Counted from the first letter of the stretch, positions 11,521 to 24,343 are shown. The stretch is DNA of 64,000 nt from Octopus sinensis (GCF_006345805.1 NC_042997.1:61690001-61754000), one strand, 5' to 3'. The notes: generated by a model not told the origin, from the letters alone. Numbers and translations: made by a program.

Positions 11521-12871
11521 TGGTTGGATCCAGTAATATATATATATGTATGTGTGTATATATATAGATATGTGTGTGTGTGTGTGTGTGTGTGTGTTGT
11601 GTGTGTGTGTGTGTGTGTGTGTGTAACAAATAGTGAGGTATTATCAATCCGAGAAAAATACTGGTTTTTACACAGAGTGATATATAAGAAACAAGTTAAA
11701 AATAATAGTCATTACATATTTTTCTTTTATTGGAGCAAATTAGACTTGCAGCTCTTTCCAGTAGCCATCAGAGCTCTGATGAAAGTAGCATTAATTTTCT
11801 TAGGTCGTTCAATTTCCCTCAATTGATCAATAGAGCAATTGAGTAAACTTATCAGTAATGTACTTATAATGACTATTGGAAACAGTTGTAAGCCAAATTT
11901 GTTCTCATAAAGGAAAAATATATAATGATTATTTTTTTTTTTTTACTTATTTCTTATATATATTCAGATATATAGATACCTATATGGGTGCATGTATGTA
12001 TTATGAATAAATATCTATACGCACTTTTCGTATCGTGGTGAATTAACCCTGTATTCGAATAATTATTTATTTGGGTTTTTTTTTCTGTGGGGGAGTTCCG
12101 GTAGCCTGAAATGAGGATCGAATCGAGTAGTTACACTCTCCTTACGGCTGAAGATTTGTTTACTCGTTCATTCCAAGCAATTGAACGTTAATAGTGAAAA
12201 TGTATTCATGATTTTGAACGGCCCAGCTCATTTATATATTGGTACAAGATTGGCAGTCGAGCTTTAAATACTATAATACTGGTACAGTGTGATTTATGAT
12301 TAAATATTTATACAGAGTCATATATCAGTATTATTTTAACCTTTGTAGGAAATTAATCATGTTGTCAGTTCACGAGTATGAAATGGGGAGTGGTTACCTT
12401 GAATGAGAATCTAATGACTTTTATTCAGAAGAGTACAATTAGCACTCATGAGTTTCTTGAAAGGTATTTGTGTCTGTTGTGAGAAGAGAGGAAGAAGCTA
12501 CAATTAGCATATTTCTGCAATAGAAGGTAATGCTCCAAAATATCATCTTCACACTGGAAGCCTATTCCGAAGGCTTGCAATACAGTGGACTCCACTAAAT
12601 ATCTACAAAAGCCAGGTGGTAGAGTTAAACCGCACGGCGGATGAATTCACAGTGCAGCTTAAGTTTTCTTTGACCAAATATGTAATTCAAGACGATGGGA
12701 TGGGAAATATTCATATTCTTTCCTTTTTTAAGGATGTGAATGAAATAGGTTTGACCAGGAAGTAAAACTACACCGTAGGCTTGATTTAATGAATGGAACT
12801 ATAATTCTGAGCTAAAATTATTGTCATCGTCGTCATCATCATCATCATCATCATCAATATTTACTCAATCC

Positions 12872-13090
12872 AAGACGGTGAACTGGCAGAATTGTTAGCA
12901 CGCCGGGTAAAATGCTTGGCGACATTTCGTCTGTTTGCACGTTGAGTTCAAATTCCTCCGAGGTCGACTTTACCTTTCATCCTTTCGAGGCCGATAAAAT
13001 AAGTAGCAGTTGAGCACTAGGATCGACGTAACCGACTTAACCATTCCCCTCAACTTGCTGGCCTTGTGCCAAATTTTGAAACCAATATTT
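12872..13090 (+). mobile_element. Meta-domain SINE
   Basis: aagacggtgaactggcagaattgttagcacg head, gagttcaaattc, gaggtcgactttacctttcatcctttcgagg, ttgtgccaaattttgaaacc tail. Confidence 0.85.
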
Positions 13091-13879
13091 AGTCGATGAT
13101 TTGCTCATTTTCTTTAAACGTTATAGAAATTTTTAAGCCATTTTTTTGTGCCATAGCATAATCAATGGAGGAAAGTTAGTGCTTTTTTTCTTCGAGCGAC
13201 ATAAAGATGCATGGAAATAAAGAAATTACCCTCTGAGTGAAAACCTGAATTGAATGCTTGTAACAAAGTGAACTTCGTAAAGGAATCAAAAGATCAAATC
13301 TCCACGTCATTTCTAGAGTTTCTGTCTACCAAATTTCAGTCAGAAAGTAATTTGAAATTTACAGTGTTCAGCTTCATACGTTATTTTAATGTGAATAACA
13401 TGTATTTGAAAATAAAGATATTTAGCTCCATTAAAGTGGGGGACTACTTTTAACAGTTTTACTACAATGCAGTATTCCAGGCTCAGAGATTAACTCAAAC
13501 ATTGTCATACATACAAGCAACCTTTTCTTCCCGAATCTTCAGTTTAAAGACTTAAAATCCAGTTTTACCAAAATCCACTGTAGGAGCTGCTATCATGCTA
13601 TTGTATATTCTTCAGCTGGCTTGTTACCTGCCTACTTGAATCTATAGATGCCTCAGTACCTGGTTCGAGATTATGGCAGAAAACGCTCGATTAAGGCACT
13701 GTGTATTGAGTTCGAAGCCCAAAACTACATGGTTATAAAGCAAATTTCTTTACCACATAGCATGACTCCTAATAATAGCTTCCCGAAACTGGAAAGGAAG
13801 ATTAGATTTAATTTGCTTCCCATAAGGAATAATCAACCAAATAGTTTTGCTAGTAGTTGCTTTATTCTTAGTGTAACTA

Positions 13880-16608
13880 TCTTTAGAAGACATCGATTTA
13901 CTTTTAGAATGAAGTTATTTAATATAATGGAGTTATTTAATTTAAATGCATCTCTTAAGGATATACCCATCCCCCCAAAGAATGCTTTCCTTAAGCAACT
14001 CGTTAATAAGACAAATTCCTTTATTAACCGTATCAGATGGCTCATTTTTTTCTTCGACAATAAGGGCATTCAACAGCCCACTAATGATATAACTTCTGAA
14101 TTTATGAAATTATTTAAATCTAAAAATAATCCTCCACCTAACCTAAGATTGAAACAGTTTGAAGATGATCTCTGGTCTATTGTGAGAAATTTAAAATTTC
14201 ACCGTTCACCCCTAAGGAATAAACATCTGAGGTATCTTCATAATATCACCAAGGAAATTCATAGCATGGATAGTACACTGGTTCAATCACATGTAACGGG
14301 GAACCTGTACAAACTTACCACAAGGACTATTACTTAGAACTGCTTAAAAAAGAAATTTAAAATAACTATAGGATTACCGGTGTACTCAGGAAAGCCAACC
14401 TTGAGGCTAAGAAAATTATGGAGAAGTATAAATTACTGATGAAGACAGAACCACTTGATCCAAGCAACCTCGTTTTATTTTAAAAGATCATAAACAAAAT
14501 TATTTTAATAATTCATCCTTACGACTTATCTGTCAATCTAGCTCTGAGATTGGTGTACTTAGTAAAAATATTCTACATAAATATATTCCTACCTTAGTTA
14601 AAAAATTAAAGCTTAGTTTATGGTCCAATTCGTTCCAAGTCGCTGACTGGTTTAGTTCTATTACTAATAAGAGAAGCACTAAGTTTATCCAGTTTGAAAT
14701 TTCTGGATTCTATTCCTCCATCAACCCAATAGTACTCCATAAGGCGCTCTGGCTAGCTCACAACAAAGCTGGTCTCACCAGGGAAGAGATTAATGTCGTG
14801 TTGGTCGCCAGAAAATCTCTCATATAATAAGCTGTGGGTCCGTAAAGATACACCCGATGGTTTTGATGTCACGATGGGAAGTTCTGGTTCAGCACAAATA
14901 GCTGATTTGGTCGGTATATATTTACTTTATTATATGGCAGACCAGTTCCCAAGCGTCAATGGAGGTCTGTATCGTGATGATTGTTTACTCTACCTTCAAA
15001 ATGTTTCTAACCAAAAAGTACAAAAGGTTAAGAATAGTTTAAGTTTTTCCGTAGAATGAGCTTAGACATCGTTTTTGATGATGATATAACGAAAACCAAC
15101 TTTTTAGATATTACACTTAACTTACATAATATTTCGTACTTCCCATACCACAAATCATCAACCAATCTTAAGTATATTAGCCAATTCAGTAATCATTCTA
15201 GGGCAATCACTAAGAATTTAGTTAAGAATATTTCATTTAGATTGTCCACGTTATCTGCTAATGTTGAAATTTTCAACAAGGCTGTATTTTATAACTCTAT
15301 TCAATCTTATTCTACCTTTAGTAATGGAGACATGAAATCTAGTTGTAACGATATGAACGATTTCAATTTTAATTTATACGCCAACACTTAACAGAGGATG
15401 GGTTTTTTTACAATGTAAGGGAGATAACCGTTATTTAAACCCTTTTTTCATTCTAAAGGTAAATCGATGTCTTTTAAAGATAGTTACACTAAAAATAAGG
15501 CAACTACTAGCAAAACTATTTGGTTGATTATTCCTTATGGGGAAAAAATTTTAATTTAATCTTCCTTTCCAGTTTCGGAAAGCTATTATTAGGAAATTTC
15601 CAAAGAAGTCTAGGTATTACTCGATTATCAACTCGCACACGGTTAGGATTGGTTTTTCCAACACAAAAAATCTCTCACAGATTATCTCCTCATATAATAT
15701 TAGTCTGTTAAATAAGAATTCAATTACTAATACTAACTTAATTTAGCTAATACTAACTATCCCTTTAGAAATATTAATAACAAGGTTATTGCCTCTGAAG
15801 TCAATTCCAACAGAATCAAGCTTATGTTTAGTAATTCTAAGATTAAAAACTCTATATACCAGTGTAAAATTACTTCAGGTACCGATGTCTTTTTTATATA
15901 TAGGTACTTCTTCTCAGTTATCTAAAAGAATTTCTAATCATTATTCTACATTTATGGATAGTAATAAACGCAACAGTACAGGGCTTAGTAAATTAATTTG
16001 GTATCTAAAATACCATAATAAACAATTTAATTTAGATTGGTTGATTCTCTCCATTTCATTCCCATTTGATAAAGGCAAAGAATTCTGCCAACTCTGTAAT
16101 AGTGAACTATTTTCTATTCTATTTTCTAAGCATCCCCTTGTAAACACGGTTATAGAGCGTGCTTAAACATACCTTTACTTCATATAAATGATATCTACTG
16201 TTATATATAATTTGAACATTGATTTTTTTCTTACATTTCACTTCCACTAGATATATCTTTTTCCAAGCCTTAAGCTTTTATTTTAATTCACATATCGCTC
16301 TATATTTCTCCTTTATTAGTTTTCTGCTTATTTCTTTCCTTTGCCCCTTCTCTTTCTAATGGCTACCTTTAACGTTATATCTTCTAACAGTTTTTTTTAA
16401 AAACTTAATAGCGTTCCGTTCATCATTATACACTTCCATCACATTCTGTTAAAATGTCTTATCGGTGAGTTTGGTTTCTTTCTTTCCCTGATGAGAAGAT
16501 TATATTGTTTTACACCATTTTATTCCTTTGGAATAATACTAATGTTGTCTTCGAAACAGATGTCGGAAGTAAAAGAATTTGAATAATACTTGCGTTTAAC
16601 TCCATTTA
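13880..16608 (+). mobile_element. Near full-length decayed Penelope-like element (N-terminus, RT, GIY-YIG, 3' pLTR)
   Basis: SLKDIPIPPK..FINRIRWLIFFF..FKSKNNPPPNLRLKQFEDDLW; FDVTMGSSGSAQIADLVGIY..GGLYRDDCL; TNFLDITLNL..PYHK..SNH; LYIGTSSQLSKRISNH..TGLSKLIWYLK..CQLCNSEL. Ends at a (TG)n tract. Confidence 0.9.
16484..16568 (+). ncRNA. Type I hammerhead ribozyme in the PLE 3' pLTR
   Basis: Stem I ttcc/ggaa; CUGAUGA 16488-16494; stem II gaagat/gtcttc; GAAAC; minimal stem III ac-agat-gt; GUC cut after 16564. Confidence 0.8.
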
Positions 16609-16777
16609 TATATGTGTGTGTGTGTGTGTGTGTTTTTGTTTGTGTGTGTGTGTGTGTGCGTGTGCATTTACGTATGTATGTATGTGAATGTACATGCGTG
16701 TGTGTATCTGTCTGTGCGTATTCCGACACCAACATCAACATCTTACGAGGTTTTATATACCTCAACTAAACACATTT

Positions 16778-17078
16778 AAGTACTTCCGTACATCGTCATT
16801 AGAGAATACTTGAATGCACACTTGCTGGTAGAAAAAGGATACATATATACATGACGTGAGTCAGTGGTATCCTAGGTAACCCTCTTTAAATCCTAAATAA
16901 CCAACAACGCACCCACTGACTTCACCAAGTACTTCCGTACATCGTCATTAGAGAATACTTCAATGCACACTTGCTGGTAAAAAAAGGGCACATATATACA
17001 TGACGTGAGTCAGTAGTATCCTAGGTAACCCTCTTTAAATCCTAAATAACCAACAACGCATCCACTGACTTCACCAAG
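16778..17078. repeat. 149-bp tandem duplication (2 copies)
   Basis: aagtacttccgtacatcg...ccactgacttcacc at 16778 and 16927, about five substitutions. Confidence 0.95.
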
Positions 17079-17790
17079 CTAACTATAAGAAATTCTCCAA
17101 ATTTCTCTGCTCACGACTGGGTAATCAGTGCAACCATATTGCAAATAAATCCCAAACTCTCCAACAACCACTAGCATAGGCATTTCAGTATAAGCATCCA
17201 GCAAAATAATTAAAGATATTTTTTTTAAATCCCACAAAGTAAGATAAAATACAACTTCAGTTACATAACCGAAACAGCGAAATTGAAGAAAAAAGGTGAC
17301 AAATTCAAAAGAAAGCAAATACCACACACAACCTGTTAGAAATGGTATCAAAATCTTCCTCAATATAGTCCTAAACATTCTAAAAGCAGAATAAACAAGA
17401 CTTGAATATGAGAGCTGACCTGAACCGACACAACAAGTACAACTACAATAGCAACAACAATCTGAAAGGAATTTGTTTTATCAGAAGAAAGCATATGTAA
17501 TAAAAGTATGGTGTTCCTTCTCTTTTCTATGTTGGTTTGATTTATAATAGTAGAACATCCAAACGATAAGCACAACTACTTTGTGAGCTATGCCAAATTG
17601 GCGGAACCTAAAACTTATCATTTTACTCTCTTTTCAAAATTCTCCCCAAGAAAAAGGAAAAGACAAAATATTTCAACTTAAGAAACAATTAGGAATCCAT
17701 CCTAAGTAAAATATTTACAAATCTTATATATATATTTGTATGTACATACGTATATGTGTGTGTGTTTGTGTGTGTGTGCGTGTGTGAGTT

Positions 17791-17830
<40 letters not shown>

Positions 17831-18640
17831 AGTGTGCGCGTGCGTGCGTTTGTGTGTAAACTTTGGCACTCTGCACTAAAGAAAAATGAACAGCTGCACT
17901 GAAATCAGATTTCCGTTCCAGGAAAAGATCTCATTTTCATTATGAACTTGGTTTTTCTTTTCTGTTATCGCTTACAAAACATAGCCTTGATAAGATTTTC
18001 ATTTGTCAGCAGTTCACTGTATAAGCCACTAAATTCCCTTCAAATTCAAGGAAATGAATTTCTCCTTCGTTAAAACTTTGAGCATGTGAGCCAACGAAGA
18101 ATGCTTTACATGGCTCCTCAACCTACTTGGAAAGGGAGCCAAATCTTCCTCAAATCAAGCTTTAGCATCTTCAGCAATAAGACAGACTAATCTAGTTATC
18201 TTTTTTTTTTTTTTGTAAACGAAAGAAGAGGGGGTTGTCACAGCTGGAACGGTTTTGGTTATAGGTATTCTCGATCAGAACTGCAACTAAGTATCAACAA
18301 CTACATATACTCATCTACATATACTCATCTCTTTAAATAAGCAGTAAGTGGATAAAAATCACCTAGATATGTTTGAGATCAAACAATAACAATCAAGGGA
18401 GATAGAAATCAATCTGGCGAGAGCAACGAACATAGTTCGGTCTTATTAGACTACCTCAGTGAATCGTATTCAACTCAGTTCGTATGTATACAGCGGAAAT
18501 GTAGTGCTACTGATTATAAATATCAATAAAACAAAACAATAACCAGAGAGAGCGTTCTGCTAAAAGAGTTTTTCATTTTCCCGAGCGTCAAACTAATACA
18601 CTTGCTTGTTGTTCATACACCTGTCTTCGTCTTTTGTTTT

Positions 18641-18987
18641 TGTGATGTGAAGGAGGAAAAGACGGAAGCAGAGAGAGAATTACCCTAGCCTTACCTGTCT
18701 GTCTGGAAGGGTCACTCACAACGTACACGTTCTCTGTCTACCGCCGTACCGTCTATCAATAGGGAAGGAGTCGCTCACAACGTCCACGTGCTCTGTTTGC
18801 CGTCGTACTGTCTAACAGGTCTGCTCTCGTACACTGTCCACTGCCAACTGACTGCTCGCGCCGCGGTAACCCCGTATGCTCACCGCGGCCCTTCCGGTGG
18901 GACTCACAGGCCCCACTTCCGATAGGACATACGTACTCCCTCAGTTCCGGTCCTTCCTTACAACACAGCCTGGCTCATAACACCACA
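18641..18987 (-). repeat. Putative 3' LTR (inner boundary uncertain)
   Basis: TG...CA termini, GC-richer than flanks, internal ~60-bp imperfect tandem (ctcacaacgt..acgt..ctctgt). Confidence 0.55.
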
Positions 18988-19273
18988 GGCTCATTCAAGA
19001 TCATTCAACCTGCCTGCCCACACCCTCTCTTCAACCCTGACCACACGCCTTAACTTGCCTCGTAATCAGCCAACCAGTGAGGAGGGAACCGCTCCTTCTG
19101 CGACCGCCGTGAGACTTCAGGACTGGCCTCAGTCCTTGGCATGTTGCTGCCGGCTTCGTCCTCTTGTCCATTAATGTTAGCTCCATCCACAGACACATTG
19201 ATGATCCTGCGTACGTCTAAAACATGACGTGGAATACCATCTACGGAGATATTGTACCTCGAATTTACAAAGG

Positions 19274-20308
19274 TTATTGTCCCCTTTCCCCATTGTGATG
19301 TACACCGCGCATTTGGGGTTTAACCCAGACTTCTCCCCCGACTTGCACAAAGGCATACTCTTTCTCTTCTGCGGGTTGCGGCGATGCAGTACATGGATGT
19401 CTCCATTCGTACTTGAATATTGCCCTGTGTGTCACTGACTCCTCAGCTTCACCCGACCTGGGTGACATATTATACCAAAAAAAAAAAACGGCTTCGACCG
19501 GTGAGATGTGGCCCCTCTCTGCTATGGTCTTGATGGTGTGATGATGCCTCTCCACAGCCCCATTGCCACTTGACTGGTATGCCGCCCTGAAGAAACGGCT
19601 AACATGGCACTTGTCGAGCATTTCCCTGAGCACCTCCGAGCGAAAAGCAGTGCTATTGTCCACAAGCAGCTCATCCACGGGGCCTCGTCCTAGGAATATC
19701 TCATTTTGTATTATTGTGATTTCCTCCGCAATCCCCGTCTTCTCCCTCCATATAGCCAACCACCCCAGTCCGCAGTCGACCATCGAGAAGTATGTCCCCT
19801 TCCGGTAGTGCGTCACGTCCACTGCCAGTCGTTTCCAGTTGTGTTCCACTGGAATGCTTCCTGCCTCATGCACACCCGGAGCGGAGTCAATATACTGGCA
19901 CCTGTCGCAGCTCCCAACTACTCTTTGCACACTCTGCCTGATCACGTCATAGTCAACTTTCCTGGCTAGGAACATGGTGCTGTCCACCCGCATGCGATGC
20001 ATGGTATGCAGTCTCCTCAGCTCCGAGTCAATCAGTCGACACACTGCAGCCACTCCTTGCTTCAGATCCTCCAGGCTTCTTTTTACTCTGGTCAGGATGT
20101 CCGCTCTATTCATCTCAAAGGGCACAAAAACCACACACAGTCTAAAGCCAAAGTCAGCAGCTAGCTCGCCCAGAATTCCCAAACGGCGCCTTATCAGCAT
20201 ATCCGTGCCCCCTCTGGTTTGTACCCTCCGCTCGCCTGTGATCACTGATCCTACCCGTCTAAGTACAGTGACCGAATCGGTCCGAATCTCGATGGTACGC
20301 AGCCCCAC
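19274..20308 (-). CDS. Open Gypsy pol segment: RNase H C-terminus plus integrase (344 aa)
   Basis: ORF track; integrase D,D(35)E-type motifs DVTHY, DNS and VER. Confidence 0.8.
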   Translation of the reverse strand: MGLRTIEIRTDSVTVLRRVGSVITGERRVQTRGGTDMLIRRRLGILGELAADFGFRLCVVFVPFEMNRADILTRVKRSLEDLKQGVAAVCRLIDSELRRLHTMHRMRVDSTMFLARKVDYDVIRQSVQRVVGSCDRCQYIDSAPGVHEAGSIPVEHNWKRLAVDVTHYRKGTYFSMVDCGLGWLAIWREKTGIAEEITIIQNEIFLGRGPVDELLVDNSTAFRSEVLREMLDKCHVSRFFRAAYQSSGNGAVERHHHTIKTIAERGHISPVEAVFFFWYNMSPRSGEAEESVTHRAIFKYEWRHPCTASPQPAEEKEYAFVQVGGEVWVKPQMRGVHHNGERGQ

Positions 20309-21093
20309 CTCAGAGTCAGGTTCAGCCCCTTAAACACGGCATCCAGCTCCGTAACGTTGATGTGAGTTTACAGTGGCCTCCAATTTCCTGGACAACTCTC
20401 TTCAATTTGGGCATACCCGTTTCCTCTTACTAGGTCCTCGCAGCACTCTCTTCAAGACTTCTTGCATCATGGCAGTTATCTTCTCGCCCATTGTCCACTC
20501 CACTCACCCTTCAGTCGCAGCTGATGAAGCGCATGCTGCCCGGAGCATTCTGCAATCGGGTAGTGTCACAGCAGCTTCCCAACAACAGAACGTTCCGCCG
20601 ACTCCGTCTTGGTGCTCAGTTCTGGGATCTTCATTCTCTTCCAAACACCAACAGTCGGGGCCTTGTCTCTCCGTAGCATGAGTCCCAGTGAAGCTCCTCT
20701 TTCCATCGCCTCCGGTGATTTGACAGTTAGCCCGAAACTCTTCAGGTGACTTATGACCTCATTTGCCAACAATATGCTCGTGTCCACCGGGATGTCCTCA
20801 ATGTAGTAACTGGTGGCTCTTTTCACGTTGTCTGTCTTTCCCAGGATGGCTTTGAGAACCGTCACCATAATCTTCGGTGCTGAATTCAGCTCGAATCCCA
20901 ACCTTTCAATAACACCTGCGTTTAACTCCATTTATTTATTCATATATATTATACAAAATATTTCACATCAACCCGGTATTTCTACCTTTACAAACAGGGT
21001 GTTACGTCCTTATACTTGTGTAATTTTTGCTGCCCTGGTAACTGTTATCTATTTTTTCTGTTTTGATTGTAAACAAGGGAAAAACACACACAT

Positions 21094-21137
<44 letters not shown>

Positions 21138-21138
<1 letters not shown>

Positions 21139-21515
21139 GGCGCAGACGTGGCTATGTGGTAAGAAGCTTCCCAACCACATTGTTCCCGGTTCAGTCTCAC
21201 TGAGTGATACTTTGGGCGTCTTCTACTATGGCCTCGGGCCGATCAAAGCCTTTAGAGTGGATTTGATTGACGGAAACCCTCGCACATATGTATGTATGTG
21301 TGTGCTTGCGTGTTTGTGTTTGTGCCTCTACCATTGCTTGACATCCGATGTTGGTATGTCTACGTCTCCGTAACTTAGCGGTTCGGGCCAAGGGCTCGAT
21401 AGAATAAGTACTAGGCTTACAAAGAATAAGTCCTGGGGTCGATTTTTCGACTAAAGCTCCTTAAGGTGGTTCTCCAGAATGGCCGCAGTCGAATGACTGA
21501 AACAAGTAAAAGAAT
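21138..21515 (+). mobile_element. CORE-like SINE, full length
   Basis: aggcgcagacgtggctatgtgg, ggttcagtc, tail ggccgcagtcgaatgactgaaacaagtaaaaga. Confidence 0.9.
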
Positions 21516-21605
21516 ATGTACATGTGTGTGTGTGTGTGTGTTGTGTGCGTATCTGTTAGCGTGTCCGACACCACGTAACAGCTGTCAAACGAGGTTATAT
21601 TATAT

Positions 21606-21643
<38 letters not shown>

Positions 21644-21674
21644 ATAATTATATATATATATGCAAAGAGCTTTC

Positions 21675-21987
21675 GGGCTCACAGCGTGAGAGAGTGAGCT
21701 CGATCCGGGACAAGAACGTGTGGTTGAGTTCTTGGGTTAAGACACGTTATTTCACGTTGCTCCATTATTTCACTCATGTGTAGAAATTAGTTGCGGCGTC
21801 ACTGATGCCAAGCTGTATTGGCCTTTGCCTTTCCCTTGGATATCACTGGTGGCGTGGAGAGGGGAGGCTGGTATGCATGGCATGGCGTCTCCTGGCCTTC
21901 CATAAACAACCTTGCTCGGATATATGCCTCAGGGGTAACTTTCTAGGGGCAATTCCATAGTCATTCATAACCAAAGGGGGTCCTTGA
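21675..21987 (+). mobile_element. SINE of a third family (Deu/Nin-like central domain suspected)
   Basis: tRNA-like remnant gctcgatcc, then ggagaggggaggctggtatgc..ccataaacaaccttgctcgga, ending in (TG)n. Domain naming is tentative. Confidence 0.5.
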
Positions 21988-22002
21988 TATGTGTGTGTGT
22001 GT

Positions 22003-22048
<46 letters not shown>

Positions 22049-22077
22049 TATGTATGTATGTATGCATGTATGTATAC

Positions 22078-22362
22078 AAAGTATCCGGACTGTTGCCATA
22101 GTAACAAAGCTAAAGTACGCAGAGTAAAACTGCTTGGCTCAGATTAACCTTGGACTCTGCTGTGCATGGACACTAAGTTTTAACGTTCTAGCTCACCTCC
22201 GCTGTTTACAGCAGCGTAAAGAGTGGAAGTGAGCTAGAACGTTAAAACTTAGTGCGCATGCACAGCAAAGTTTAAGGTCAATCTGTGCTAGGCGGCCTTA
22301 CTTTGCGTGCTTATCTTCTTTATTATGGCAACAGTCCGGATACCTATTGATCAGACCACGTA
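22078..22362. mobile_element. Fold-back mariner-derived MITE
   Basis: gtatccggactgttgccata / tatggcaacagtccggatac arms plus inner cactaagttttaacgttctagctcac / gtgagctagaacgttaaaacttagtg. Right end gatcagaccacgTA. Confidence 0.8.
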
Positions 22363-23459
22363 TATAGATATATGTTTCTCCGTCAGTTCCGATTATGAGG
22401 ATCCAGTTGGTCAATCAAAGGAATTACCTGTTCATTGAATTAGCTTTTAAATAGCAGCTGTTGAGCATTCCAGATATGTATGCCCTTTACGTAGTGCTCG
22501 GACAGAATCAGAGTAATGCAACGCGTGGCAAGTCTGTAGCTTTGAATTACAGGAACAGTTACAGGTATATATTTGAAACCACTGCCTTTTACCAGATGAG
22601 CGGAGTGAAAAACTTTATTTGCAGCAGATAGAAATTTAGAGCGTCTGCAGCTGGTATTGATAGTAAAGGGAGAGTTGCATTTCATGCATGTAAAGGAATG
22701 CAGGACCGTTTCATCTCTTTATGTAATAGTTCTTGACTTTGTTCTCTGCTAACTCTAACGCAGACAATTCTGTTGAAATAAACGCATTTATAAATAAAAT
22801 TCAAATGTTTATTGCATCTTAAGTATATTTCTTCCAATTTTAAGCTTCAATTGGAACTCAAACCAAAAATAAATAGAATGAGGGAGGATTTTTGTTCGAT
22901 TATGACAAGGTGTTTTGCTGGTTTCCGGGAGGCAGGAGTTGTTTTTTAAAACTTAATATCACTTTACACGTTTTATGACGAGAAAGAAATTTATGACGAG
23001 AAAGAAATTTTTTCATGTCCATTTTAAAATTCTGTGAATCTATTTTTACATTTTAAGCAATCAGCTGTATCTGGATAGAGTTGGTGCGTGGTTGATAGCA
23101 TCAGTCCCTCACATTGTTAATTCTAACTACTAAATAATTTTACAAATAAATTCTTTCTTCTATAAGCTTTTGGATCCAATAGGCTAGTCCTTTTTTTTTT
23201 ATCTTAAATAGGCCAACAAACTAACGATCGTATAAAGCAAAATCATGGATATGTACTAAGCTGGAAAGAAAGTCCTTGACTTGATCATTACGAGGGTACT
23301 TATTCAATGCTTGCAGTAAAATAAGTATTATTTTTATATGTAATTTATATATGTATTATATATAATATACGTATTATATATAATATATGTATTATATATA
23401 ATATACGTATTATATATGGTATATATTATGTATAATATACATATTATATGTGTATTATA

Positions 23460-23679
23460 TACGAGGAGGTACTGAAAAGTTCCTCGCATTGGGTAAAGAA
23501 AATACAAGAGGTCTAGTTAATTATGACGTTATTCAATACATTCCCCTCTCACATTCACGCACTTATTGCAGGGGTCCTTCAGTTTTTCTAAGTCCTATAA
23601 AAGAACTCGGAAGGTTGGGCTTCCAGTCGGGCTTCTCACGATACTCTTAAAGCCAGGAACTTTTTAGCTCCCCCTCGTA
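23460..23679. mobile_element. Mariner-type MITE with TA TSD
   Basis: TAcgaggaggtactgaaaagttcct ... aggaactttttagctccccctcgTA. Confidence 0.85.
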
Positions 23680-23786
23680 TAATATATATATAGATATATA
23701 GATATCATATATAATATATATGTATTATATATGTAGTAATTAAATTATAAATTATGCACTTTATTGTATTTTGCTATGCGCGCGAT

Positions 23787-23857
23787 CCCCGCTTCGTGGA
23801 AAAATTGTCTTGCATGAAACCGGTCAATGGTACAAAAAAATAGGTTGGGTACCGCTG
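23787..23857 (-). mobile_element. hAT (Charlie-like) terminal fragment
   Basis: Minus strand cagcggtacccaacc...accggtttcatgcaagacaatttttccacg resembles Charlie-type termini. Confidence 0.6.
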
Positions 23858-24291
23858 ATCTAATAGATAAGATGCTCATCGTCGAAACCGATGGAGGATC
23901 GAACATTACCAGAAAATAAATATATATTAATGGTTTTGGACATTGATATAAAAATATGAATAGTTAAGCAATTACAATGCAAATTTGTAACTAACAGATA
24001 TAAAAATTAAAATTGAAATTTCTACAAAATGACATGAGCGTGGATAGCGGTGGGGGGAGTGAATCAGAAGTCTTTTACTAGGACCTAGTAACCTAGTTCT
24101 CAACTTCTGGAGAATTAAAGTGATGGATATACAGTGCATGAGAGAGGGAGAGGGGTGGGAGAGAGTGATAATGTGTGTGTGTGAGAGATAGAGAGAGGGG
24201 GACAGACAGGCAGGCAGACAGGCAGATTGGGTAATGAAATAGACGCTTTGGCACGGGGAGAACGAAATAGAAGAAGAAAAAGAAGAAGAAT

Positions 24292-24305
24292 ACGACGACG
24301 ACGAC

Positions 24306-24343
<38 letters not shown>

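Larger units (their letters stand above)
18641..20908 (-). mobile_element. 5'-truncated Gypsy LTR retrotransposon (end of RT, RNase H, integrase, 3' LTR)
   Basis: RLGFELNSAPKIM..ATSYYIEDI (RT), EIRTDSVTVL..NRADILTR (RNase H), H-H-C-C region LHTMHRM..CDRC, LAVDVTHY / VDNSTAFRS / SGNGAVERHHHTIK integrase. The LTR-like block ends CA at 18641 on the minus strand. Confidence 0.9.

Noticed and set aside
12349-12463. Candidate 115-nt exon with a good acceptor and an AG|GTAT donor
   Set aside because: All three frames contain stops.
12508-12765. ~85-codon open frame without ATG (..AIEGNAPKYHLHTG..)
   Set aside because: No recognisable motif or convincing splice sites; this length can occur by chance.
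5964-16608. In-frame TGA codons in PLEs as selenocysteine (Naiad-type)
   Set aside because: These PLEs have a C-terminal endonuclease and also carry TAA/TAG stops and frameshifts, so ordinary decay explains them.
16778-17078. CRISPR-like or exon-duplication reading of the 149-bp repeat (also the 185-bp SINE units)
   Set aside because: Long adjacent units with no unique spacers, eukaryotic context, no cas genes and no open spliceable frame.
22380-22740. Coding-looking unique segment with a possible 58-nt minus-strand exon
   Set aside because: No identifiable homology and conflicting frames; needs BLASTx or RNA-seq.
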